Assembly (NCBI RefSeq): GCF_006345805.1
Contig: NC_043001.1
Location: forward strand, 117,676,001-117,740,000
Length of the DNA stretch: 64,000 bases
Origin: Octopus sinensis
Lineage: Eukaryota
Direction of reading: 5' to 3'
Shown here: positions 1 to 11,338 of the stretch, piece by piece
Position numbering within the stretch: position 1 is the first letter of the stretch
Layout: each line of letters opens with the position of its first letter
Translations under genes and position numbers: made by a program
The notes under the pieces: model-generated
Databases searched by the model: none
The model's input: the letters and a program-made list of their open reading frames with translations, nothing else
Told to the model about the DNA's origin: nothing

Positions 1-2172
1 AAAATGCACTCAACACCAGAGCTAAAGACAGCTCCGAAAGCGGAGGCCCCACCACGTCGAAAACGGTAGAGAAGTAGGGGCCGAAACTGGACGTGATTCA
101 TCCTGATGTCCTTAGCCACTAGATCCTATAAATGAGTCGTTGAGGTAGCAAACCACGAAATGCGGTTGGAATTTCATTCTTCCTATCGTTTTAAATATGA
201 TTCCTATTAGTCTGGAACCACGAATTAATGTATTTCCATTAAAATTAGAATGACGTCATAAAAGGCATTAACACCAAAGTGAATATGGCTCATCTAGTCA
301 ACCCTGACTGACTTAATATAGTGAAAGCAGCAAGCTTCAAAGAAATTATGCGAATTTTTTTCACCAATGTTTGGGGAGATAGTAATAAATCAGCGAGTGA
401 TTTCAACTTCTGGCAAAGGTATTCTAGGTTCATGCGGAACATTTTGCTTTTTACCTCTATATTGCAGTCTCATTTCTCTCACCTATTCAGCCTTAGGCCA
501 GAGAGCCACTAGCCCTCTAAGGGAATCTATGTCACTTGTCTCGGTAAGTTGTTCTCTCTCCCATCTTTCCCCTTTCTTATGTAACATGCTTGTGTCGTAC
601 ACGGCAAAAGACATCTATCTTGACTTGTAATGTCGAGTGACACATAGTTACATGCAGTGATTCCAATTCTTTGTACTACTTCCATAATATTATCCAGATA
701 GTTGCATACAGAAGAATCCTACCTATTATGCTCGTTACGCATTCCATCAATTTGCTGGATGCACATTTGTTAATACAACAATGCGGGTTACTAAATTATT
801 TGAAGTCAGTGAAACTTTAGTGCGGTCATTGTATACACACGCAACCTACCTCACATTTTAAACAGCATAAGAAGAGTATATAACTAACTACAGTATTAAA
901 AATTAAACTTTCACCTTTGTTGAGCCTACGCACGAATTCGTTTAACAGGAAAAGTATTTTCGGTATAACTGCGAAATAGTTACTTGTAATCTCTTTCTCT
1001 ATCTCTATTTCTTTCTATCTCTATTTCTCTCCTTTTCTCTTTCTTTATCTCTCTCTCTCTCTCTCTCTCTCTATCGATCTATTTATCTCTATCTACATAT
1101 CTGTCTAGTTATCTCGCTCTGTGTGTCTTTGTGCCTGTCTGTATTTGTGTAATGTAATTTATAATATTTTTTTACATATATAAATGAATATGTATATACA
1201 TTGGTGTAACTTATGATTCCAAATAGTCGTTTAGTAATTTGTGTAAAACAATCTAGATATGAGCAGAGAGCGGTAATAACATTTCCAGTTAACGAGGAAA
1301 CTAAGATTCGAGAGAAACTAAGATTGTCAATTTTTACAAATTTTGGCAGGACATTTTCAACATGAACACGCAAAACTATAATTACTTTTTTTTTCTTTAC
1401 CCACATTTTCTGTTTCTTAAAGCAATTTGGTTTGAGGTCAATAAATTGTATTTTGAATCAGTGGCTTCTACTTTGGATCAATAAGTAGATATTTCAGGTA
1501 GATAAGTTCTTTTTTTGCCAATAAATGTCGTATAAGGCCAATATTTTCGTTCGTCTTTGTCTTTTTTATTCGTTATTATATCATTTAAGGTTTATCATTC
1601 TTTATTACAAAATCCTAAGTATGTATCTTCATTTTATTTATCTATATGCTCCCCCTTTCTCTCTCTCTCTCTCTCTTTCTTTATGCTTATACATATAGGC
1701 ACCCACGCTTGCGTGCGCATTTCCAACTTCATAGGTACGGTATTTTTACGATGTCACCTATGTAGGCATTGACATTTACAATTCATCAAATACACACAAG
1801 CACATGCTCCACTCTCTTTCGCGTGCAGCTGCTTAATTAGAAAATGCGCAACATGCAAACAGCGGCACACAAACACACACATCATTCACGCTTACATATA
1901 CATTTCTGCACACACACACACGGGCTGACAAAAGTATGACCGGTCATTTCCACCAGGGACCCTAATATCCTTTCCACTATAAGCACAAGGCCTGACATTT
2001 TGGTGGAAGGAGGTAATCAATTGCATTCACCTAAGTGCTCAACTGCTACTTATTCCCTTTCTTTCAACCCCCGAAAGAGATAAAAGGTAAGGTTGACCTC
2101 GGTGGATAAAAGGTAAAGTCGACCCCAGAACAGATCCTATTCCGCTTTTTGTGAGAGGGGAAACCACCACTA

Positions 2173-2370
2173 GTGAGGCGCTCCATCTACTGCCAGAAAC
2201 CGTTAAAGGGTGGGTTAGGAATGCCTCGGCTGATGATGCGCAAGTATGCGCTGGGGCTGAGAAATCTCTGGCGCTACCTGGATGGTGAACAGGTGTGGTC
2301 ACCGCACGCCAAGTTCCTTTTTCCGCAATTAACGTCTTTACGGGACAAAATATCATTAAACATTTTGTCC
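2173..2370 (+). mobile_element. Tx1/L1-clade LINE ORF2 fragment (post-RT region)
   Basis: Translation RRSIYCQKPLKGGLGMPRLMMRKYALGLRNLWRYLDGEQVWSP matches the P..xGGLG.P.L....A....LW pattern downstream of L1/Tx1 RT domains; no intact ORF. Confidence 0.6.
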
Positions 2371-3719
2371 GACGCGGTAACGAATCTGCTAGCTAACCAT
2401 CTTACCAGAGACTGTAATATTGTCTGTATTAACTCAATGAGTGTAACCCCTAGTTCTAGTGTTTATCTTGTAGAATCTGTGATCATTAACAATTTGATAT
2501 TTGATTGATAAATTTTTTTGTTTGAGTCAGAAGAACAGATTTGGGATATAGTTTTATGTTCTAAGGTTTCTTTTCTCTTCTTGGATCAATACAGGTAAAA
2601 TTCTTTTATAATAAATTGACGGAACATAAAAAAATTCAGCACAGAATTTTGTCAGTAAAGAAATTCGTTTTAACGAAAAGCTCATTATAATGGGATTCAA
2701 GAAATAAATCGTAAAAACAATTTTATTCACACAATACTGAAGAACAGACTGTAACTCAAACATATGAACTGTACTATTTGAAAAACAAAGTAGTGAAAAT
2801 AATTATAATAAATCTTTCTGGACGTGACCACTGTGACTTTTTTGTGGAATTGGACTTTTTTCTTTAAAGTTTTTCAGCTGTGACTACACACACATACACA
2901 CATAATATAGATATATGGCATACATACATATCAGATAGAGAGAGGGAGAACGTCAAAATTAGCTTTTAACTTTTTGAAGTTGTTAAATAAAGTACCAATC
3001 TGAGCTGGTGAATTGTAGAAGTTTCAGCGTTTGTAAAAGAAAACAAAGAACAAATACCATGAAATATCCGTTCCAGCTTTTGCATTCTGTTTCAGACGGT
3101 CTGATTATCTGCAGCTGTAAATTTTCTCTTCAAGGTCACATTCTTTTTTCGCCTTTTTTATAGAAGGCCAACAGTTGTACATGCATGAAAGCTTTTTTTC
3201 TATACCCAGTTATGTATAATGAAAAAACACCGCTGATACAGCTTAACATGGCTGTCATTGCATGCGTTGCATTCAAAACGAAAAGAGACGAAAGACCTAT
3301 AGCAAGGCATCTGATGCGATACCAAATTTTGCCGATCCAGCAGCTGACTCTGGTATTTTATTTATCAACCCCGTATTGATGGAAGGTAAAACTGACAGGG
3401 GCAGAATTTGAACTAGACCATACCCTCAAGGGAGAACAGAAATGAAAGAGTGCGGCAAAGAAAAGATATGGAATGAACAGACGCGATAGAAAGGATTGTT
3501 GTGGGTGGAAAGAGTAGACAAAATGGAGACAGGACTGAGAATCATGAATGTGGTGGGAGTGGAAGGGGAGTAAATGAAATTTGTGGGGATTAGTGTGAAT
3601 GAGAAAGTCGAAAAGGAGACAGCAAAGAGGCTGCTAGTTGAAGAAGACAATGACGGATGAGGAGTGAAATGCAAGTAGAGAAGAAAAGATGGGCTTGATG
3701 AAACTTACGGTCAAGGGTA

Positions 3720-3757
<38 letters not shown>

Positions 3758-3859
3758 AATGGCGGTGCCCCAGCATGGCCACAGCTCGTGAGCTGAAACT
3801 AGATAAAATAAAAAATTAAATTAAAATATACACACACACACACTTAAACATACATATAT

Positions 3860-4085
3860 ACATCATTTAAATATATAATATATATGAGCAAGTTTAGATA
3901 TACAACTATATATATGAGAATACATAAAACAAAACATACGGCTCTACTCATATAAATACATAAAAACAAAAGTACCCTGTTGTTGATGTTGAAATTCCAA
4001 TGAAGGAGACTTGGATCTAGGTTAGAAGCCGGCTTTTTCTCTATTGGCAAGAAATCTTGAAATTAAACTGAATAATGACATATAT
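3860..4085 (+). mobile_element. 3' end fragment of the R4/Dong-like LINE seen at 22920-25140
   Basis: ATCATTTAA...TATGAGAATACATA and TACCCTGTTGTTGATGTTGAAATTCCAATGAAGGAG...AACTGAATAATGA closely match 24114-24180 and 25030-25135. Confidence 0.8.
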
Positions 4086-4099
4086 CCATACATATATAT

Positions 4100-4313
4100 T
4101 CTTTTCTACTCTTGGCACAAGACCCGAAACTTTTGGGGAGGGGGCCAGTCGATTAGATCGACCCCAGTACGGAACTGGTACTTAATTTATCGAACCCGAA
4201 AGGATGAAAGGCAAAGTCGACCTCGGCGTAATTTGAACTAAGAACGTAAAGACAGACGAAATATCGCAAAGCATTTCGCCCGGTGTGCTAACGTTTCTGC
4301 CAGCTCGCCGCCT
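4100..4313 (-). mobile_element. tRNA-derived SINE, family B
   Basis: Minus-strand head GGCGGCGAGCTGGCAGAAACGTTAGC with a degenerate B-box-like segment; near-identical to the copy at 61436-61663. Confidence 0.85.
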
Positions 4314-4321
4314 TATAAGTA

Positions 4322-4525
4322 GTTTTATTCTTTACTTGTTTCAGTCATTTGACTGCGGCCATGCTGGAGCACCACCTTTAGTCGAGAAAATCAACCCCAG
4401 GACTTATTCTTTGTAAGCCTAGTACTTATTCTATCGGTCTTTTGCTGAACCGCTAGATTACGGGAACATAAGCGCACAAGCATCGGGTGTCAAGCGATGT
4501 TGAGGGGAACAATCACAGACACAAA
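4322..4525 (-). mobile_element. SINE family A, 3' half
   Basis: Reverse complement of 5530-5735 (GCTCCAGCATGGCCGCAGTCAAATGACTGAAACAAG tail). Confidence 0.85.
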
Positions 4526-4575
4526 CATATACACACATGCACATACATATATATGTATATATATATATATTATAT

Positions 4576-4633
<58 letters not shown>

Positions 4634-4674
4634 TATATATATACATATATATACATATATTATATATATATATT

Positions 4675-4855
4675 CGTTCTTCATTTCAGATTTTTTATTG
4701 TGCTTGTTCGTGGAATGGAGAGTTGCTGAAGAGGTCACTGGATGTGTGACGAAAGATGTCAGACAAAGGGCACTAAAATAGGAAGCTGAAGTGAAGAACG
4801 TGTATTTATTTGGCAAAAAACAAATGACCATCCCGAATATAACAATATATATATA
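4675..4855 (+). mobile_element. Probable Penelope-type terminal repeat fragment with a degenerate hammerhead motif at 4722-4764
   Basis: CTGAAGA-G-GTCAC/GTGAC-GAAA-GATGTC; ends in GACCATCCCGAATATAAC next to (TA)n, and a similar end occurs inverted at about 5750-5772. Confidence 0.45.
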
Positions 4856-4894
4856 TATAAATATAAATATAACAATATATATATATATATATAT

Positions 4895-5290
4895 ATGATA
4901 ATAAATATTAGGGAATGAATCCAAAATTACAGGGGAAAATCAGATTTAGGGTTAAATCCAATTTTATAGTAAAATATTATATAATATAATTCGAGACAAA
5001 ACCACTATTTTAAAACCAAACAAGGAAAGACTTAATCAATACATAAAATTTTAATATAAATTAAATAAACCGCCACTACAAATGTTTCATGTCTGCTCCG
5101 ACAATCTTCAGGTGGATTTTCGATCTAAGAATAGCAATATTTTAAAATATAATTTAAAATAATTTAAAATAATAAAACAATAAAATTATCAATGAAAGAA
5201 TGTAAAAAAATAAAAATATAATCTATATATAATCTATATATAATCTAAATATAATCAATATATAATCTAAAATAAACCCTATAAACAATT
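4895..5290 (-). mobile_element. AT-rich solo Penelope-type terminal repeat carrying a hammerhead motif
   Basis: Flanked by (TA)n on both sides and contains the motif at 5073-5115; no coding remnant, so the family assignment is inferred from the ribozyme. Confidence 0.5.
5073..5115 (-). ncRNA. Minimal type I hammerhead ribozyme motif
   Basis: Minus strand: CCAC CUGAAGA U-UGUC GGAGCA GACA-U GAAAC AUUU GUA GUGG. Stem I CCAC/GUGG, stem II UGUC/GACA, stem III AC/GU, cleavage triplet GUA. Confidence 0.75.
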
Positions 5291-5332
5291 GAATATAAAA
5301 ACCTATTATAAAATTTCTCATATATATATATA

Positions 5333-5735
5333 TGGTAAGTAGCTTGCTAACCAACCACATGGTTCCGGGTTCAGTCCCACTGCGTGGCACCTTGGGCAAG
5401 TGTCTTCTGCTATAGCCCCGGGCCGACCAAAGCCTTGTGAGTGGATTTGGTAGACGAAAACTGAAAGAAGCCTGTCGTATATATGTATATATATATATGT
5501 GTGTGTATATGTGTGAGTGTTTGTGTGTGTTTGTCCCCCTAGCATTGCTTGACAACCGATGCTGGTGTGTTTACGTCCCCGTCACTTAGCGGTTCGGCAA
5601 AAGAGACCGATAGAATAAGTACTGGGCTTACAAAAGAATAAGTCCTGGGGTCTATTTGCTCGACTAAAAGGCGGTGCTCCAGCATGGCTGCAGTCAAATG
5701 ACTGAAACAAGTAAAAGAGTAAAAGAGTAAAAGAG
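5333..5735 (+). mobile_element. tRNA-derived SINE family A (CORE-like segment), slightly 5'-truncated
   Basis: GGTTCCGGGTTCAGTCCC B-box-like motif, CCTTGGGCAAGT CORE-like motif, internal TA/TG microsatellite, (GTAAAAGA)n tail; several other copies in the window. Confidence 0.9.
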
Positions 5736-6429
5736 ATATATATATATATTGTTATATTTCGGGATGGTCAAATATATATATATATATTATATATATATAT
5801 ATCTATATATTATATATATATAATATATATTATATATATAATATATATATATTATATTATATATATATAATATATATATATATATAATTATGTATATGTA
5901 TAGTGATGGTTTGTTGCCAACTTCATGTGGTAGTCACAGGAAAGGGAAGAATGCTATTGCTATTTAGCCCAGGAAACACCGTTTCCAGTTGGCCATGTGG
6001 CACAAGCGTACTGTGTCCTTATGTTTTGAAACAGAGAAGATAAGTACCTCCTCCCAGCAAATCCAGCATCCAGAAACTAGTTTCAGAGTCATTGCTCTTT
6101 GTAACTCTGGAGTAGCTTGGCTTGCTAGCTTTTTCTTTGTTTCTTTTTTTTTTTTTCCTTATTATAAGCACATAGCTCTTACGGAGAAGGGTCGAACAAA
6201 CAACATAATACAGTGGGGTACATGAAACGAAATTCGAATGGATATGAATATAGTGATATATGAAAAAAAAATTAAATGTCTTACTTGCCCCCTTACGCAA
6301 GCAGTGTCATTTAACTGTTTATACAGTTCATGTTCGTGTACAGTCTATTGATTGATTGATTGATTGATTCTAGTTTCAGCTCACGAGCTGTGGCCATGCT
6401 GGGGCACCAGTTTTATTTTTTTAAACACA

Positions 6430-7045
6430 TTTCAATTTTACAAATTTTACTTACTTTTATATTCATCGACAAAGTATTGCACAATGTCTTCGAATGGCAG
6501 CAGGTCACATCGAAACCACAGGTTTGTCAAATCAATCCGCTCACCGAACAATTCTTTCCATTTATCCGCTCTATTACTTTCCAGCAAAACCACCCTGTCC
6601 TCCCCTCTATATTCACTTCCCGTTATCTTAACTCATAACATTTTTCAACTTCGTAATCCTATGTCTATACTATTCTTGTATTCCACCATTCTCCTCAAAT
6701 TTCTTCATTTCGCCTTCTCTCTCCACTCTCCACCTCCACTCTCTCCCGATCTTCCTGGTTCTTGACTGTCCATCTTACTGCCGATCCTCGTTGCTGCTTC
6801 CTTTCTTTTCTGAATACTTTCTTTTTCATTTCTTCTCTCTTCTGCATTTTTCTTTTTTTCCACTCCTGCACCTTCTATCTGCATCTCCTCCAAATTGCCT
6901 TTTCTCTCTTTTTTTTCCGGGCTTTTTTGGAGGCAATAATGCACCCCCCCCCCCTTTTTTTACTTTCTCTTTCCAACTGGGTGTTTCGCTTCTACCGTTT
7001 CCATTACTTCCTTTTCCTGGACTTTTCCACCACACATTGTTCCAC

Positions 7046-7077
<32 letters not shown>

Positions 7078-7130
7078 TCTGTTCTACCTCCTGTTCCACT
7101 TCTTGTTTCAGGGGACAAATATAACAAATA
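6430..7130 (-). pseudogene. Possible decayed LINE ORF1-like coding remnant (K/E/R-rich, CAG tract)
   Basis: Overlapping broken minus-strand frames ending in an open 50-aa stretch RVVLLESNRADKWKELFGERIDLTNLWFRCDLLPFEDIVQYFVDEYKSK*; no diagnostic motif recognised. Confidence 0.25.
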
Positions 7131-7630
7131 GTCACAATAACAGCACAAGAAACGAACTCACATACCGCAGGTAACAACTGAAAACAATACCGTGATATAG
7201 ACGAAAAAGGCGTGGCCTTGTTAGCTGAATTTTTATTACGATTATAAAAATCCTACATAGAGGGGGACATTACAAATACATTAAGATGTTATGATGAGTT
7301 CGTGTGGACTTTTAATTTGAATTTCAGTTTATATATTTTAATTTTGACTTTTGTTTTTAAATCTTTTTTTTAACAGAGGGAACACACCCGGCAGCCGGCA
7401 ACTGTCTTTTCGTCCTTCGTTGATAATTAAGTTGGGTTACTAACACCCACCTTTCTCATAACCATAGGCCTCGTCAGAGGTTATAAATAACTTTAAAATG
7501 TATATATCCAATGTTATATATAGTTCAATAGTGTTCATTAACGTATTTTGCGCATGTGAATAGTATGTACGCTTTGCTTATGTATGTATATATGTAGTTT
7601 TTATATGTATATATATATATGTGTGTATGT

Positions 7631-7684
<54 letters not shown>

Positions 7685-9056
7685 TTGGATATTTGTTTAT
7701 TGTTTATTTGTATATATATATATCAAGTAATACGTGCAGCATATTTAGTATATTAATATTATCATTATATTTTAAAAGTTAATTATAACCTCTGACGAGG
7801 CCTATGGTTCTTTTAACATATAAGTATCATATTTTTTAAATGCCTACAACCCTAGTGTGTTGACATCTCTAGGCAATGAAAATTATATTCACTCTTGACC
7901 AGAGGCTGACACAGCTGTAAGAAGTAATTTCTGGATTTCATTAATTTATAATATGACTTTTAAAATCTGTATTTGTATTATTATCTTATCTATTGATTTG
8001 TATAATATTTTTGTATGCTTTTGATGTCCTCATTTGTAAAATGAATAAATAATCTAACATTATAATATCCGTAAGTTGATGAACAAACCAAATTTGTTTC
8101 TCCATTTTCTTATTTGTATTATAAATTTACGGTAAAAATATTTCTTTACCTTCACCCGTTTAATACAATAAATGAATTAATTGCATTGCAATTAAAAACA
8201 TTTATGTATTAGGAATTTGGGTACTTTACCAACAGTATACTGGATAAATGATATCCCATAGTGGGTTACACCCATAACCCCTATCTTACTTTGTACTATA
8301 TATAAGCGTCAGATCATTAAGTGATATTGGTCAAATGCAACACAATATAACCTGTCGCGTAGTCGGCCCGTCGCGACTAAATCGGCAACCCTTCCAAGCC
8401 TGCTAGGCAAGGAGGGTGTTTTTTGTTGAATATTCAGCAGGATGAGAAACAAAACCTGTTAAAAGGCGGATGAATGCTGTTGAGTCAACGGCCATCCAAA
8501 CAGCTGTAAAACCAAGGCGAGAGATGGACACCAAGCTGTTGTTACAACATCCTTTTAGGGATGAGACACTCCGATGTGAAACTTGTGGTTTCACGTGACT
8601 ACATGTCGTCTTTCTTCGGCTAGTCACTATGTACTAGAGACTGGTATTCATGTTCTTCAAGCGTTTATCCAGTGACGTTAAGATGTCACTTTATCATAAT
8701 TTTTTTTGTCATTCCATCTACTGAAAGCGATATGGCGACGGAAGAGTGACATGAGCAACTTAACCAGTGAGAAAATTCAACTTAAAATCAAAAGCGTTTG
8801 AAGCTTTGATCGGTGAACTCCTTATCAGGCAAAGTGACCCGATCAATCCAATGGAAGTCACAACATTTGTCTGACATCTATGCTTCAAACCATGTAGATC
8901 TTCAGCGGGACTGAACTGTCATCTGAGTAGTAATAGATGGGAAGTCAAAAATGGCGTTGTCAACGAGGAAGCACAAGACAATCATCTGTGAAAATGGAGT
9001 AATCGACACACACAGACACACACGCATATGTATGTACGTATTTGTGTATTTGTATG

Positions 9057-9099
<43 letters not shown>

Positions 9100-9120
9100 C
9101 ATGATTGACCGGTAGCTACT

Positions 9121-9290
9121 AAAGCTTTCTTTTTTATTCTTTCTCTGTTTATTTTCTCGTGTTCCTTTCTGTTGACGAACGTAGACTCGAAACGTAAAAG
9201 ATTTTCTCACCTTTCTTAGCGTTAAACTAGTATAGCTGTTTGTTGTTTACACACCTGTCTTCGTCTTTTGTTTTTTGTAAATTCCAACTA
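9121..9290 (+). mobile_element. Solo terminal repeat of the Penelope family at 14603-15920, with an eroded hammerhead motif at 9164-9201
   Basis: CTTTCTGTTGACGAACGTAGACTCGAAACGTAAAAGA and CACCTGTCTTCGTCTTTTG match the reverse complement of 14610-14770; ends at (TA)n. Confidence 0.8.
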
Positions 9291-9357
9291 TATATATATA
9301 TACAAATATATGTCTGTGTGTGTGTGTGTGGTGTGTGTGTGTGTACAGATAGATAGG

Positions 9358-9433
<76 letters not shown>

Positions 9434-9489
9434 AACTTTTTTCAGCACGGAACATCATCGTGAAGAATTTTGTTGAATATACCAACTCC

Positions 9490-9613
9490 AAGACTTATTT
9501 TGAAGCCTGGTATTTATTCTATCGGACTCTTTTGCTGAACCGCTGACTTGCGAGGATGTAAGCAAAATACTGCCGGTTGTCAAACAGTGGTGAGAATAAA
9601 CACAAAAACACAC

Positions 9614-9647
<34 letters not shown>

Positions 9648-9810
9648 TGAATATGATAGGATCCTTCCAGTCTTCATCTAGCAAATCAAATGACAAGGCT
9701 TTGGTTGGACTGGGGCTAAGGTTGAAGACGTGCCCAAAGTGCCGCGAGGTAAATGAATAGAAGACCACATGATTCAAAACCAAGCTTCTTATCCACACAG
9801 TAAAGCCTGT
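9490..9810 (-). mobile_element. Diverged SINE family A copy
   Basis: GACTTATT...AAGCCTGGTA...TATTCTATCGG and ACAAGGCTTTGGT...GTGCCCAAAGTGCC segments collinear with 5333-5735. Confidence 0.65.
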
Positions 9811-10169
9811 ACCTAAATATGTGTGTGCGCGTGCGCGCACGAGTGTGTGTGTGTGTATGTATACGGAGGAAAATTTCATTGGTAGCCTTTAATGACATGA
9901 CAAAACACACAGCAATAACAGCTGGCAAACTGCGAATGGGTTAGGTGATGAATTCTGTAGAAATGTACAATCTACTATTTTCAGGAAGGACAGGTCACTG
10001 CTATGCAGAAGCTGGTAGCGATTTGAGATCATTCGTGCTTACTCGGTAACTTGTACTTGTTATAAGATTACCAGGTGACAGGAAGAAATCGGTTGTAGCT
10101 GAAACGAAATTCCATCTTACTCCATACGATTTCAAATTACCTCTCCAAAACATTTATTTATCGCATTTT

Positions 10170-10170
10170 A

Positions 10171-10248
<78 letters not shown>

Positions 10249-10325
10249 AAGAAAAAGAAGAAGAAAAGAAGAAGAAAAGAAGAAGAAGAAGAAGAAGAAG
10301 AAGAAGAAGAGAAGAAGAAGAAGAA

Positions 10326-10372
<47 letters not shown>

Positions 10373-10397
10373 AGAAGAAGAACAACAACAACAACAA
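10170..10397. repeat. Compound microsatellite (TAG)n(GAA)n(CAA)n
   Basis: Directly visible. Confidence 0.95.
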
Positions 10398-10711
10398 AGA
10401 TATATATAACCAGGTTCGGGCAAGCCTCCGAATTGTAGTATAAAATCGATTTCAGTTTCCTGGAATGTAACTTGAAATGGAGCTAGCAATTTCTACCAGC
10501 TTCACTCACGAGACACTGTTCTGCTTGAAACTATATTAGAAAACACTAGCCTAAGATGCCACGTACTAAAATTTCTCTTCTTTGTCAGTTTCCATAGTAT
10601 GTAAGTCGCTTGATTTACGGAGTTGGGGCTTCAGTTAAGCCAAGCAGAAAAAGTAGGGATCATAATATTTCTTCAGGACTCTAAAACTGGTGAGAACTTC
10701 TTTTTTTTTTT

Positions 10712-11338
10712 TCACTTTTTTCGATCATTTGACTGTGGCCATGCTGGAGTAGCGCAAAGTCGAGCAAATCGACCTTAGGACTTATTCTTTGTAAGCCTAG
10801 TATCTATTCTATAGGTTTCTTTTGCCGAACCGCTAAGTGACGGGGACGTAAACACAACAGCATCGGTTGACAAGCGATATTTAGGGGACAAACACAGACA
10901 CACAAACACATACACACACACACACACACATGTATATATATACGAGCAAGACGCTCCCCGTCCAATGGACGGTGCTGATGTACTTGCGCGTACAAATGCA
11001 CGTTCCCTCGGCTTTATCGATCACATTCTCACCTGGAATCGATTTTTGTAATTTTTTCAAGACTTATACACGCCCTGATACCGTCGGTATCTACATATCA
11101 CATCTGAGTGCAATCGGATGAGGATGCCCAAGATCCTAGAAACACACACACAGACAGACAGAACGGATTTTATATGAGATATATATACATATATACAACG
11201 GGCTTCTTTCAGTTTCCGTCTACTAAATCCACTCACAAGGCTTTGGTCGGCCCGAGGCTATAGCAGAAAACACTTGTCCAAGGTGCCACGCAGTGGGACT
11301 GAACCCGGAACCATGTGGTTGGTAAGCAAGCTACTTAC
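10712..11338 (-). mobile_element. SINE family A split by a nested insertion
   Basis: 3' half at 10712-10930 and 5' half at about 11185-11338 are collinear with 5333-5735. Confidence 0.85.
10941..11180 (+). mobile_element. Non-autonomous Helitron/Helentron-like element (Lep1/HINE-style) nested in the SINE microsatellite
   Basis: 5' hairpin CCGTCCAATGGACGG, AATCGGATGA motif, (CA)/(GACA)n tract, end GATTTTATAT; inserted in TA repeats. Architecture-based call. Confidence 0.45.

Noticed and set aside
2730-2790. Hammerhead-like CTGAAGA...CTCAAACATATG
   Set aside because: Stem II does not form, G12 is missing and there is no GUH site; at best a very old relic.
8585-8630. Complete HDV-like ribozyme around UUCACGU
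   Set aside because: P3 has a mismatch, P1 is only 5 bp and no P2 partner was found; kept only as a weak lead.
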